Part shown: piece by piece, positions 40,336 to 54,012 of the stretch | Layout of the letters: each line of letters starts with the position of its first letter | Numbering within the stretch: position 1 is the first letter of the stretch | DNA from: Felis catus | Lineage: Eukaryota | DNA: 64,000 nt | Direction of reading: 5' to 3' | Assembly (NCBI RefSeq): GCF_018350175.1 | Contig: NC_058368.1 | Span: 28,522,001-28,586,000 of the forward strand | Made by a program: the position numbers and the translations under genes | Notes under the pieces: model-generated | Database searches by the model: none | The model's input: the letters and a program-made list of their open reading frames with translations, nothing else | Told to the model about the DNA's origin: nothing

Positions 40336-41037
40336 ATTCTTTCCAACCCTGAAACTATACAATTACTTATCTATATTTATTCTAGTACTTTTATGATTCA
40401 TTTATTACAAATGTGATCTTTAACCTATCCAGAAAGTATGTAGTTCTTGGTGTGAGGTAGGGATTGGGCTTCCAATTTTTTTTAACTAAATGGTGAGCCA
40501 GTTGCCTTAAGAGGAATTACTAAGTAAACCATTTTTCCCCACTGATTTGAAATATTATTGTATTGTGAGACATATTCTTATATATTTACGGATAAGTTTC
40601 TGAACTTTTTATTCTGTTCCATTTATCTTTCAATTTACTCCCATATCAGAGCCACATTCGTTGTTTTTGTAGCTCTGTGCTAAGTTCAATTACATCTGAT
40701 TGGCTAAGGCCCTTTTGTTATTCTTCCTTTTCAGTATGTAACTCGGCATTATTTTATGACCTTGCAGATCATTTTAGTAAGTCAGTCAAAATTCAGATAG
40801 CAAATGTATTTGTAATTGTGTAAAATTTACAGACAAACTAGGTAAAACTTAATAAATAGCATCTGTCCAAATTCTTTTTGTCCTTCAGCAAAGTTTCACT
40901 GTTTTCTTGATGTTTTCAGTTTTTGTGATGTTCTGCACATTGCTTAAGCTTACTTTTCATTTTCATCTCACTAAAAAAAATCTTATAATATTATTTGAGT
41001 TTATAGCAGGCCATTCCTATGAAGCATACTTATAATT

Positions 41038-41532
41038 GGTTTTAATTACGGTAAAATGCACTTAACATAAAACTTATCATCTTAATCATGTTTAAGTATA
41101 CAGTTCATTGGCATTAACTACATTCACATGGCTGTGCAACCATCACCACCATCCATTCACAGAACACTTTTCACCTGGCAAAGCTGAAACTCTGTCCCCA
41201 TTAAACACTAACTCCCCATTCCCCAACTTCCCCCAGCCTCTGGCAACCAACATCCTACTTTGTCATTGTTAATTTGGCTACTCCAGGTACTTCATGTAAG
41301 TGGAATCATAAGTCCTTTTGTGGCTGCTTTATTTCACTCTGCGTTACAGCCTCAAAGTTCATCCATGTTGCAACATGTATCAGAATTTTTTTCCTTTTTC
41401 CGGCTGAATAAACTCCTCTTGCAGATATATACACCATGATTTGTTTTTTCAGCCACTCGTCAATGGGACATGTGAGTCACTTTTTCTTTTTGGCTCTTGT
41501 GAATAATGCTGCTATGAACAGGGGTGTACAAC
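41038..41532 (-). mobile_element. L1MB-like 3' end
   Basis: cggtaaaatgcacttaacataaaacttatcatcttaatc...gtgcaaccatcaccaccatcc...gtgaataatgctgctatgaaca. Confidence 0.8.
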
Positions 41533-43529
41533 TGCTTTATAATTTAAACAGGTTATATATCACGTGTTCATATTGTGTAGATGGCTAATGAAAGTGTACA
41601 TCAAGTTCCCAGGCCTTATCAGCCTGTAGGTATACAAGAGGTCACAGTGAGGACAATAACCCACACTTCGCTGGCTGTTTCTCTTACTTGTTCATATAGA
41701 ACCCCAGTCCTCCTCCTTCATATAAATATTTCCCAGGGAATGTCTCCTGTATGTTCACAGTTTCCCTTGACAGGAAAGTCAGCACATGTGATTTCCCCTG
41801 TTCATTCCAGCTTCTCAACTACACCACACACACTGGGCCCTGAAGGTAATAATGTCATAGAATGAGTATTTTCCTGTCCCCTCATTATATCCACTCTTGT
41901 GTTCCTTAACAAAAGAGAATGAAGGTGCCCATCCAATACAGAACGCTCCTCTTTAAGAACAGGAGGGGAAGGATCACGAATGCTTGAATGGTAATAATTT
42001 AGGATTGTTGTGCTATGTATGGATGAATGGACGATGAGAAGATTCAACAGGAGAAAGCTGAATCTCCTTCAACATTGTTCCCTTCCTACTGTGGAACCTT
42101 CGCTAGATCCATGATAATGGCTCTGGCCCCTTATCAACTCACAGAAAGGTTTATAATTACACAACTTTGATTCTGGCCTGCCAAAGACTGGATACGAATG
42201 GGGATTTTTCACTATGACCAAAGGTTTCACCAGCACCTCACTGACTTGTCCTTCTGAGTGCAAAGGTACCTCCGGAAAGAGTGCCCTTCACCTCGAGATT
42301 CTTGACGATGTGGCCAACATTTACTAGCACTTACTGTGCACCAGGCACTGAACTAAGGACTTTATCTCTTCAATCCTCACCAGACCCTTAATGAGAATTT
42401 ACAGACAAGGAAACAAACACTTAGCTTAAGCAATAAATACTGGAACTAGGGCTCACGAGCTACTTAATGCATGTTAAGGTTTCATTTGTATGTTTTTTAA
42501 AAATTCCAACCCCAATCCATTTATTTCTTCAAGGAACTGTTTTCATGTTCTAAGTAAAATATTCTTTTTATTTGACTATTGAAGGGACCCCAACTATGCA
42601 TACATGATCCAGAGATTTCCCCAGCAAAACCTATTATGAAGGCATCCATAAAGCATATTTAAAATAATTAAAACTGCATAGCTTTTTTTTTTAGTAGACT
42701 TTCTTTTCTTTTTCTTTCTTCTTTTTTAATTTGAGTGACTAAAATGAAATTCTTTGCAATGGTTTTCTCTTCTAACTTTCCTTAGCTGCTTGGTCCCATA
42801 GTTACTTCTTAAGATGTCTCAAGTGCTCATTCTTTACCCAGCATGAATTCCAGAACTTGTCACTGGAATCTCCCCCTTATATCCACCCTCAATCTCCCTG
42901 TCCCCTCTTGTTCTACCATACTTACTTAACCAAACCACAACCCTGGTTTACCTTAGTTCTCTACTTACTCTGTGCCTACAGCCATGCTGCCGAACATGGT
43001 CCCATGGCCAGGCTGATGGTGCTTACCTTAAACTCATGGTCACTTGCCTCAGGTGTGCCTGAAATGCCACCTGATATTCACACTGCATTTCTCTACTCCA
43101 TTCCCTTTTCCACTCTCCTATTCAAGTATTTCACACCTTCTCCTCTCTCCCCAGATCTCCAAGATCCTCTCCACACCCCCCCCCCCTCTTATTCTGAGCT
43201 GAGGATCTAGATTCTTACTCCACAAAGAAAGCTGCAAAAAAATCAGAAAAGAACTTCCAAAAGTGCCTACTCCTGCATCTACTGCAAACTCTGGATAAAT
43301 AATCCAGCTCCCAGGAAAGGTCAGCCTTTCACAAGACCCCATCCTGCCCCACATATTGGTGAGGGGTGCATCTATATCCCTCAGTGACCCCCACATGGAA
43401 GACTGACAGATACATTTCCTTGGGACCTAGGGAAAAAAAATTCTGACAATAAAATTTGTAAATAATCTTGTTGCTTTGGCTGCCAGGAAGTTTGGGGTCA
43501 AATTTACAACTCATCTTTAATAATAGATA

Positions 43530-43541
43530 GACTAGATAGAT

Positions 43542-43585
<44 letters not shown>

Positions 43586-43587
43586 AC
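43530..43587 (+). repeat. (GAAA)n microsatellite
   Basis: Directly visible run. Confidence 0.93.
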
Positions 43588-43599
43588 GAACACAGACCC

Positions 43600-43820
43600 G
43601 GGGCGCCTGGGTGGTTCAGTCGGTTAAGCGTCCGACTTCAGCTCAGGTCATGATCTCACGGTCTGTAAGTTCAAGCCCCGCGTTGGGCTCTGTGTTGACG
43701 GCTCAGAGCCTGGAGCCTGCTTCCGATTCTGTGTCTCCCTCTCTCTCTGACCCTCCCCCATTCATGCTCTGTCTCTCTCTGTCTGAAAAATAAATAAACT
43801 TAAAAAAAAAAAAAAAGAAA
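43600..43820 (+). mobile_element. Can-SINE
   Basis: TSD gaacacagaccc at 43588-43599 and 43821-43832. Confidence 0.95.
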
Positions 43821-46657
43821 GAACACAGACCCTACTTTATAGATTAACCTACTAACATCCATGGTCTCTTAGTCCTATCTATATTTTACCCAAGCTTGAC
43901 ACACAATGTTGAATGTAAACCACTTGAAATATTTTCAGAAATGTTGGGAAATAATAGTACATAAAAATAAATCAGGCAGAGAAGTTGGAAGAAAGGAGCA
44001 TTTCAGGTAGATGGAATATCATGGGAAAACACTTGGAGGTACAACAGTACCTGCCTTTCTTTGGGAACAGAGAAGAATATGGCATGATCGGTCACAGGAT
44101 GACAGTGACAGGAAACACAACTGTAAGAACATGGCACTGACTCCGCCTGGTAGGCTCTGACACCAGATATCACTTCATTCAGATCTCTGTTCAAAATCCT
44201 TCATCAAAGAGAGAATCCCTCCTGTACCTAGTCAACCAAAATACGTTCCACACACACATATACACATACACTGCCCCTCACTTTCTCTGCCTTTACCCTG
44301 TCTTACTTTCCTCTATTGTGCTTATGAACATCTGACACATGTTTGTATATATATGTATTAACTTCTCCCTCAATAGTGATCTAGAAAGCAGGGTTTTTTT
44401 ATATTATTTTATTATTCCAGCACCTACAGTGGTACTCAATAAATACTCGTTAAATGAACAGAAAAGTAGTTTACCATCAAATTGAGAAAGACCTACTAAG
44501 CCCTGCAAAGAAATTTAGAACGTATTCCACTAGTAACGGGCAATGTCTAAGAGTTCATGTAAAATGTTCCCTCTTACAAAGATAACTCTGGCAGTGCACC
44601 AGAGAGGAAATCCATTGCAAACATCCAAATGATGAGTTTTGCATGTCAAATGAAGTTAGGGTAAGTGGCAATGGAAATACAAAGGAAGGGATGGATTCAC
44701 AACAGACACACGCAGCAGACAGCATATCACAATAGCTAAGCCAGGCACCAGAAAGGTCACTGGACAGCAATGTGACTTTGGGCAAGCTACTTATCAAATT
44801 CTTGGTCTCTTCACTTCTAAAATGAGTATGCTAGTTGTACCTACCGACTTGACAGTTTTTGTTGTAAAGATTATATGAATAATGTATGGAAAAAACAAAC
44901 AGAATTGACCACATTTGATGGCTGCTCCATCCGCACACCTAGCACTCTGCCCAGCCAGAATGCATACGTGCTGATGAGTTAATGAAAATGATTAGCAAGA
45001 TAAAAAGTCCAAGTTAGCTACAAGGCAAATCCTGTAAGAGAGAAAAGTAGTGAAGCAAAAAGTACTCAGTAGGTGGGGAGACTATGTACATACCTGTTCA
45101 GTTTGAGAATATCGAGGCTGAGAAGGCAATGGGGACCCACTATATTAGGCACTGGTAGGCAAAGGAAATAGAGGTCCAGGTCTCAGAGGCTGGAGAAAGA
45201 CTGGTACAGCTGGTAGCTGAAGTCTAATCTAATCGATCGCATTAACTAAGACAGAGGCAAACAGACTTAGAATAAGAATCCTAGGAAACAAAAACATTTA
45301 GCATTAGTGAAATGAGTTGGGGCTAGAGACTGACAGGCTGTAAAAAGGTAATAAGAAAGATAAGAGAAATTTAAACGTTGAAAACAAAAGAGGAAGATGC
45401 GAGAAAAATGGTCAACATTGTCAAAATTGGTATGAATATGGCAGAGTGACAACTAAAAAGATACTACAAGACTTTAGCAATTAGGTTGTTAGTAACCTTT
45501 GCAAAAGTTTTCATGAAGTGGTTGGGGCAAAAGCCAGATTATATGGACTGAGGAGTAAATAGGAGTTGAGGAGACAGGGAAGGTGTAGGGAAGATCATTT
45601 CAGGATAAAGTAGATTTGGCCACAAAATCACCTAAAAGCCTACCTGGCCAATTATTTCCACTACCACCTCTAAGTGGTCACTCATGAAAGTATTTTTTCA
45701 TAAGACTCTTGTAACATACATTACTCTAGAAACAAGGGTGACCCTAGCTAAAATCATCAAGTAGAGTAAGCCTATCTTCGCTACTCTTTTGCAACATGAG
45801 TTTTCACCTGCCCAAAGGTAGCTACCCTTTCATGGTAGCAAAGACATTTGATTTTTAATGACAGAATAATGGCCTATAAAATTATAGTAGTTTTATCAAG
45901 TCTTTCGAATAGTCAGCAAAGAACAGTAATCTATATACCCTACTGATTAAGTTATGCAGAACATATATGTATCATGAATAACTGAGTTATCAGAAGTTTT
46001 TACCAATTTTTAAAAATTGTTATAAAAATCAGGGATACAGCAGCATACTGTGTATTTCTTTAACCTTCATTACTCACCTACCACCCTATGAGCAGAAATC
46101 ACTATATCCATTTTGCATGCCAGAAAGCTGGAGTTCACAGAGATGAAGTATATTGGTAAGAGTATGCTAACTAGTGTAGCAAACCATGCCCAAATCTCAG
46201 ACACTTAACACAGTAAAGGTCTATTTCCCTCTTGTGTCACAATCCAATGTGACCAGTGAGGTTTGGGAGCAGGAACACAGATGCTTTGGTCCATGAAGTC
46301 ATTCAGGGATCCAAGCAAGCTCTTCCCATTAAATTATCTACATCTAGCTGGCAGGTGAAAGAAGGGACAAAACAGAGAGAGTCCCATAAAAGGCTTTGGA
46401 GGCCAAATAACAAACATCACTCACGCCCATATTCCACTGGCCTGAACTCAGTTACATAACCCCACCATTTCCACCAAGGGGAAATGAAGTCCAATGATGG
46501 GCCAGGAAGAACAAGAGAAACACAAATACTGATGAGCACAGCGTTTTCTGTCACATTAAGTGACATGACTAAGGTCATCTAACAGTACCTGAAAGAGCCA
46601 AGATGCAAACCCAACTCTGCGAACCCCTGAAAGGAATCTTGCTATTCTATGCTTCTT

Positions 46658-46885
46658 TTTTTTTTCTTTTTAAATTTTTTTTAACGTTTATTTATTTTTG
46701 AGACAGAGAGAGACAGAGCATGGACGGGGGAGGGTCACAGAGAGAGGGAGACACAGAATCTGAAACAGGCTCTAGGCTCTGAGCTGTCAGCACAGAGCCC
46801 GACGCGGGGCTCGAACCCACGGACCATGAGATCATGACCTGAGCCGAAGTCGGGCGCTTAACCGACCGAGCCACCCAGGCACCCC
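46658..46885 (-). mobile_element. Can-SINE
   Basis: TSD attctatgcttctt at 46644-46657 and 46886-46899. Confidence 0.95.
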
Positions 46886-47199
46886 ATTCTATGCTTCTTA
46901 ATAAGATTCATTTCGTTGACCCACCCCCAATTTTAGCACCTCTCCAAATGACCACGACAGTGATGGGTTATAGCGTGTGTGTGTATTTTTTCATCTATAT
47001 TTGTTGCCTGTCCTGCAATTCCCTTTACGGATCAATGGTGTTAGTCTTCCAAGAGTTGTATGGCCAGATATAAAATTTGGGGGGCCCTCTGAAGCCCATC
47101 CATGCCATGGAATGCATGAACCCCAGGCTAAGAACTCTTCTCTATAGTACCACCTGACTTTTGACATTGTTAACTTACTTCTAACTTTCTACCTGCTTC

Positions 47200-47585
47200 C
47201 CTCTAACTTCAACCACCCCCAACTTCAGTCCCACTGACCTCTTCCTCCTCGCAGCTTCTGTCTCTTGGCCTTCACAGCTGCTGTTCCTTCTGCCTACACT
47301 GCTTTTCCCTCAGAGGTCTACATGGTTCATTCCCTCAAGATCTTTGCTCAGATGTTACCTTTTCAGGAAGCTCTTCCCCTCTCCTCCCCCACCCACACTT
47401 TTCCACTATAGTACTTCTCACCTTCTACTATGCTACTCATTTTACATATTGATGAGATCATAACCTTTCCTGGCATTAAATTGTGAGCTCCATGAAGGCA
47501 CAGGTTTTTGTCTATTTTGTTTATTGCTCAATCCCTGGCACCTATGAGAGTGCTTGGAACAACATAAATATCTTTTTGAATGAAC
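47200..47585. mobile_element. L2 3'-end fragment
   Basis: gctgttccttctgcct...tgtgagctccatgaaggcacagg...tttttgaatgaa terminal motif. Confidence 0.65.
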
Positions 47586-47757
47586 TGGGGGGCAACAAAG
47601 GACTAAAAAAGAGAAGGAACACACAGGTAGATGTATGGTGTTGGAAGTGTTCTGGTTCTTAAACTGGATTCACAGGTGCTCATTTTATCATTCTGCTTTG
47701 CAAACTACAGAGATATATTCATATATATATATAACACATATATAACATACACTATTT

Positions 47758-47981
47758 TTTTTTTAATTTTTTTTCAATGTTTTTTTATTTATTTTTGGGA
47801 CAGAGAGAGACAGAGCATGAACGGGGGAGGGACAGAGAGAGAGGGAGACACAGAATCAGAAACAGGCTCCAGGCTCCGAGCCATCAGCCCAGAGCCTGAC
47901 GCAGGGCTCGAATTCACGGACCGCGAGATCGTGACCTGGCTGAAGTCAGACGCTTAACCGACTGTGCCACCCAGGCGCCCC
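47758..47981 (-). mobile_element. Young felid Can-SINE
   Basis: Same young subfamily as 3980-4200. TSD-like acactatttt. Confidence 0.94.
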
Positions 47982-50177
47982 ACTCACACTATTTTAATTG
48001 TACACATTATGTTCATATAACATACATAACATATATTAACATATGTAAACATATATAAAACACATTTATTGTATATTAATTATATATAACATTATTTTGA
48101 TGTTATAATTTTAAAGTACTGTATGAGTTTGTACAAACAATCCTACTCAAAACAGTGTGCCCGCTCAGGTATATGCCCTGGCAGCCTTTCTTATCTAAGT
48201 AAAATAGGCCGATAGAGAAAATGGCCCCCCAAATGTCATTTGCATTCCTTAGCTAGTTAAAAATAAATTTTACTCATATTTTTTCCTCACCTATGTTTTA
48301 ATAGGCCATGTGGAAAATTACCTTATATAATTCTTTTTAGTGCTGTATCATGACCTTTTAAAATAGCATCTTACCTTATGGAAGTGAAACTAAGAGCTGT
48401 CTTTGAGAACCTGTTTGGAAATTTAGATACCTAAAAGCATTTCTTCTAAATTAGCCCTTCCAAAGATGTTTTCAAACATATTTGTTTGAAATCTAGCTTT
48501 ATTTGGTCCCTTAAATGCTGATCATGATTTTGCTAACAGTAATTAAAATCCGTATAAGTTTCAGATTTCAGCGGAAATACTTTCTTCAGAAATTTACTTT
48601 TCAAACATAGGCTCCAAACATGTCACTGAAACCATGGGATTCAAATGCAGAGAGACATTAAAAAATCTAGCACCTTGGTGAGAGATATGCTTACAGACTA
48701 AACAAATTGATAAAGGGCAGGGCAGGGAGGAGGAGGAAGGGGCAGGGAGAAGGGAAGTAGGGCTGGGAGGGGGAAGAGGGAGGGGAGAAGAGACGTTGAG
48801 ACCGCCTGGCCTGCGTACATCCATGCCTGCACCCTGTGGAGGTAAGGCTCCAAAACCCAAACCCAAACCCAAGATGCTCACGAAACTCCTGAAAACAGGC
48901 ATTTGGAACATTGTGTCCACTGTGCCAGGGAACATGGTGCAGTAGTTGGAAGTCTTGCTTTTGAGTTCCAGCCTGCCTGCCCTTTTACTCAGCACATACT
49001 AAACTGAGCCTCAGTTGAATCATTTGTAAAATTTTAGATAATTTCACACAACTGTTAAGTAAACTCATGCTTATTCAGTTAATAAAACTGCTCTGTAAAA
49101 AAATCAAATGTTAAGTAGAAAGGTATTTTAAAATTTCTGACACAAATGCCCCAAGCCTGTACAAAAAGATTTAGTATAGTAAATTACATCCTGGTGGTTT
49201 GAAAAAGTCCTCATACTCAAATGGCACAGTGAGAAGGTTAGAAATCCCAGCTCTGCACATGATAAAGTTGATCATATTTCTTTGGTATAAAACAAGAGCC
49301 TAATAGTCTTCCAAATATCCTCATAACAAAAAGCAAAGCGGGGGGAGGATTATTACCATGTATGTTCATTGGGAAAAAATAAACGACTACCTAAAGCAGA
49401 AACAACATGCACTGAATCCTAAATTAAGGCTATTATCAATAATGGTTATTGACCATTTTAAGCCAGTTAAAGTAAAAAACACAAATGTGTTTCAAGTAAC
49501 TGAATATTCATAGAGAAATATGCTTGATACCCAGAAAAACCACACAAATTTGCCAAGGGAAAATGATGTGCTAACATGTTATGGCCTTTCTCAAAGGTCT
49601 ATTCTTAGATATAAAACAAATGCTCTTTAATTAAAACCTTTGCTTATAAGCGCATTTCCTGAGTAAGTAAAGTCTAACAAATCCAATATGAGTGAAACAC
49701 TGTACCCTGGAAACAGAGAGGAGCCCGGGTGGCTGACAATAGTCGTTTCATATAACCTTTTGTCATCCCTACCACAACAGCAAACATGCAACCTTAAACT
49801 AAGTGAAAGCTTTCTAAATTTAGACACTTTCAAATAAGGTATCTTAAGTTATATGTAAAGGTTTAGTAAATTATTTATTATGCCTCTTATCTTTAATAAT
49901 GGAATACCATGTTTAACTTGTAATCAAAATGGAAAGAAAGCTGTTATACCATATATTACTGTACCAAGACTCAGAGTTTCCAGTCTATATTTAGTTCACA
50001 TTAAAATGGAAGCAAAGACGCAAACCAAGCTAAAAATAAAATGTTCTACAAAGATGAGATTTTTAAATGGATTGAAATCTAGCTTTATTTGGTCCCTTAA
50101 GTGCTGATCGCATCTAGCAGCACCTTAACTTTGCAGTGCTTTGCAAACCTAACTATACCATTTTCCATCACCTAGAA

Positions 50178-50862
50178 TAGGGGTCAGAAAACGTTGGCCC
50201 ACAAGCCAAATCTATGGGTCATTTCCTTCCGGCCACCTGATTTTGTACAGCCTATAAGCTAAGAAGGTTTTTACAAGTTTAAATGGCTTTTTTAATTAAA
50301 TGCTTATTTATTTTTGAGAGAGAGAGAGAGAAAGACAGAGTGCAAGCAGGGGGAGGGGCAGAGAGAGAGGGAGACACAGAATCCAAAGCAGGCTCTAGGC
50401 TCTGAGCTGTCAGCACAGACCCCAATGTGGGGCTCAAACTCATGAACCATGAGATCATGACCTGAGCCAAAGTCGGACGCTCAACCTAGTCACTCAGGTG
50501 GCTATAGCACAGACCCCAATGTGGGGCTCAAACTCATGAACCGTGAGATCATGACCTGAGCCAAAGTCGGACGCTCAACCTACTGAGCCACTCAGGTGCC
50601 CCTAAATGGCTTTTTTTTTTTTTTTAATAAAGAAGAAGAGGATGAAGCGTATTTCTTAATACCTGAAAATTATAAGAAATTCAAATTTCAGTGTCCTTAA
50701 AGTTTTACTGGACATCACCACCCTTATTCATTTAAGTATTGTCTATGGCTGCTTTTACACTAAAACAGTAGAGTTGAATAATTTTAACACAGACTTTATG
50801 GCCCACAAAGCTCAAAACTTTACTAACTGGACCTCTCCAGAAAAAGTTTGCCAATTTTTGCC
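50178..50862 (+). mobile_element. MER58-like hAT-Charlie DNA transposon, interrupted by a SINE
   Basis: Ends taggggtcagaaaac... and ...gaaaaagtttgccaatttttg. Internal aaattcaaatttcagtgtcc and tattgtctatggctgctttt motifs. Confidence 0.75.
50294..50602 (-). mobile_element. Can-SINE with duplicated tRNA-derived head
   Basis: TSD taaatggctttttt at 50280-50293 and 50603-50616. Internal duplication of about 95 bp. Confidence 0.93.
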
Positions 50863-51643
50863 CTAGATGAATGTTAATTATTATTATTATTCAAGACATA
50901 TTCCTGCTCATTATCCAGCAAAATGTTAAACTTCTTACTTGCTTTTCATATCATATTGAGTTTCTGAGCTATAAACCTGTCAATATTACTTTATTCTCAT
51001 TTCTTAACAATCTTCTAGCCATGTTTCTATTTCTCATCATATTTGGATCATTACCGAGCCCAATGATTCCACTCAGAACTGTGGGTAAAAGTTTTAAGTA
51101 ATATTTTCTAATCTATTCTGTCTCTGTTTCAAGTGTTAGATATGAGCCATCATGGCCCACTAATGGGCCACCACCTACAATGTGAAAAACGCTAAGTAAG
51201 TCTTCCCTAGACTATTCTAAATACAGTTATGGTGAAAGATAATGTTTTAATTGCACAAATTGTATCTCATAAAGCCGTGAAAAATACAAATTAATACTTC
51301 CATGTATGGCCTTACCATCAAGGTACAAGAATTTATTTATATATCCTTCATGTTAAAGTAAAACCAAGGTACTAACTGATGATTGTAGTGACTATTTTCT
51401 TAACGTGCTTAAAGCCATGTCTGAATGCAGGTATAATGTTGCAAAGTTCTGAATATGTTTCCAGTGGTTAGGTAGGTTTTACCTAAATTTAAATACCCAT
51501 AAATATTCCATATTTACTGTAAGAAGACATAGAAATATCATAGAAATGAGAGCACAATAAATCTACCTAATTAGGAGATATGTTTGACACATGAAGCTTC
51601 AAGAGCTTGGCTGAGATGACTCATTGTCAGAAAAAGTCATTGA

Positions 51644-53168
51644 CTACGGTATCAGCACAAAAACAGACACATAGACCAATGGAATAGAATAGAGAACCCA
51701 GAACTGGACCCACAAATGTACAGCCAACTAATCTTTGACAAAGCAGAAAAGAATATCCAATGGAATAAAGACAGTCTCTTTAGCAAATGGTGCTGGGAGA
51801 ACTGGACAGCAACATGCAGAAGAATGAAACTGGACCACTTTCTTCCACCATACATAAAAATAAACTCAAAATGGATGAAAGACATAAATGTGAGACAGGA
51901 AACCATCAAAATCCTAGAGGAGAAAACAGGCAACAACCTCTTTGACCTCAGCTGCAGCAATTTCTTACTCGACCCATCTCCAAAGGCAAGGGAATTAAAA
52001 GCAAAAATGAACTGCTGGGACCCTATCAAGATAAAGAGCTTCTGCACTGCAAAGGAAACAATCAGCAAAACTAAAAGGCAACCGACAGAATGGGAAAAGA
52101 TATTTGCAAATGACATATCGGAGAAAGGGTTAGTATCCAAAATCTATAAAGAACTTAACACCTGAAAAACAAATAATCCACTGAAGAAATGGGCAGAAGA
52201 CATGAATACTTTTCCAAAGAAGACATCCAGATGGCCAAAGACACATGAAAAGATGCTCAACATCACACATCATCAGGGAAATACAAATCAAAACCACACT
52301 GAGATACCACCCCACACCTGTCAGAATGGCTAAAATTAACAAGTCAGGAAACAACAGATGCTGGCAAGGATGTGAAGAAATGGGAACCCTCTTGCACTGT
52401 TGGTGGGAATGCAAACTGGTGCGGCCACTCTGGAAACCAGTGTGGAGGTTCCTCAAAAAATTAAAAATAGTACTACCCTACGACCCAGCAATAGCACTAC
52501 TAGGAATTTATCCGAAGGATAAAGAGTGCTGATACACAAGAGTGCTGATACATAGGGACACATGTACCCCAATGTTTGGCTTTCAACAATAGCCAAATTA
52601 GGGAAAGAACCTAAATGTCCATCAACTGATGAATGGATAAAGATGCGGTTTATATATACAATGGAATACTATTTGGCAATGAGAAAGAATGAAATCCTGC
52701 CGTTTGCAGCAACGTGTCTAGGACTGGAGGGTATCGTGCTAAGTGAGATAAGTCAGTCAGAGAAAGACAGATATCATATGTTTTCACTCATATGTGGAAC
52801 TTGAGAAACTTAACAGAAGACCATGGGGGAAGGGAAGCGGGGTAAAATAGTTACAAACAGAGAGGGAGGGAAGCAAACCATAAGAGACTCTTAAATACAG
52901 ACAACAAACTGAGGGTTGATACAGGGAACCGGGGAGAGGGCATTGGGGAGGGCACTTGTTGGGATGAACACTGGGTGTTGTACGTAAGCAATGAATCATG
53001 GGAATCTACTCCCAAAGCCAAGGGCACATTGTATACACTGTATGCTAGCCAACCTGACAATAAACCATTTTTTAAAAAATTAAGTGAGATGAATGTATTG
53101 GAAATTTCTATATGTATGCTATCCATAAAGTTAACATTACTTGGATCTCTTGGAGAAAAAAAAGAAAA
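51644..53168 (+). mobile_element. 5'-truncated carnivore/felid L1 with probable 3' transduction
   Basis: ORF2 homology (ORFs 51716-52165, 52245-52532, 52562-52804). AATAAA at 53059-53064. Perfect 15-bp TSD agaaaaagtcattga at 51629-51643 and 53169-53183. Confidence 0.95.
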
Positions 53169-53699
53169 AGAAAAAGTCATTGAGATGGTTCATTTGTTGA
53201 TACCACGTGGCTTATGATGGTTCAACAATCTTAGCCTACAAATCTGACCAAGGTTCCTCCAGCGATTCCCTGTATTCATGGGCCACAGTATTCACTGGCC
53301 AACAAAAAGCAAATGAAGCTTTTTCTACATTCATGTTCAAAACCAAGTTGGTCTGAGTTCATATTAGTGTTGTTTCAGAATGTCTCTTTCTCAATAAATA
53401 CACGTGAAATCCTCTGTAACAGTAAACCTGAATGTAAAATCAACCTCCTCCTTAAGACAGAACTAAGGATTAGGAATAACGGCTAAGAGTAACGAGATAG
53501 GAAGAGATAGGATGAATTATAGCTCCTGGTTTTCCCACATCAGCACCACTTTCACTTTTGTACAGTAAGGATTTTTTTTTTTCCTTTGGGGAAATCGAAG
53601 CAGCCATAAAATTTTCTGGAGTTTAGCACCTGGGCAGCCAGATTAAACTACCTGAAATTCTACTTAGCTGAAACAGAGATAGATAAAAAGTAAAAACAG

Positions 53700-53707
53700 A
53701 GAGAGAG

Positions 53708-53766
<59 letters not shown>
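53700..53766 (+). repeat. (GA)n microsatellite
   Basis: Directly visible run. Confidence 0.95.
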
Positions 53767-53769
<3 letters not shown>

Positions 53770-54012
53770 TACACAGCAAGGACAAAGAAACAGGAATAAA
53801 ATGAAAAGAGGAACAAAGATGTGGGGCAGGTACTAAAATGTGCATGAGAATTTTATTATTAAACCACACTAATTTTAAAAGCATGCTAGTTTTATTCTTT
53901 ACTTTAAAAGTCATTATATCCACTGCAAATAAACCCCGAGATTAGTGTTGTCCTAAAATAACCTGTATTTCCTTCCATAGAGAAGTGGGTAATTAAATGA
54001 TGATATATCATG

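Noticed and set aside
11490..52804. ORFs with RT/ORF2-like or recurrent 'MRNLHTV...' and 'MDTNP...' translations
   Set aside because: They are sense or antisense frames of truncated, frameshifted L1 copies, not host genes and not an intact retroelement.
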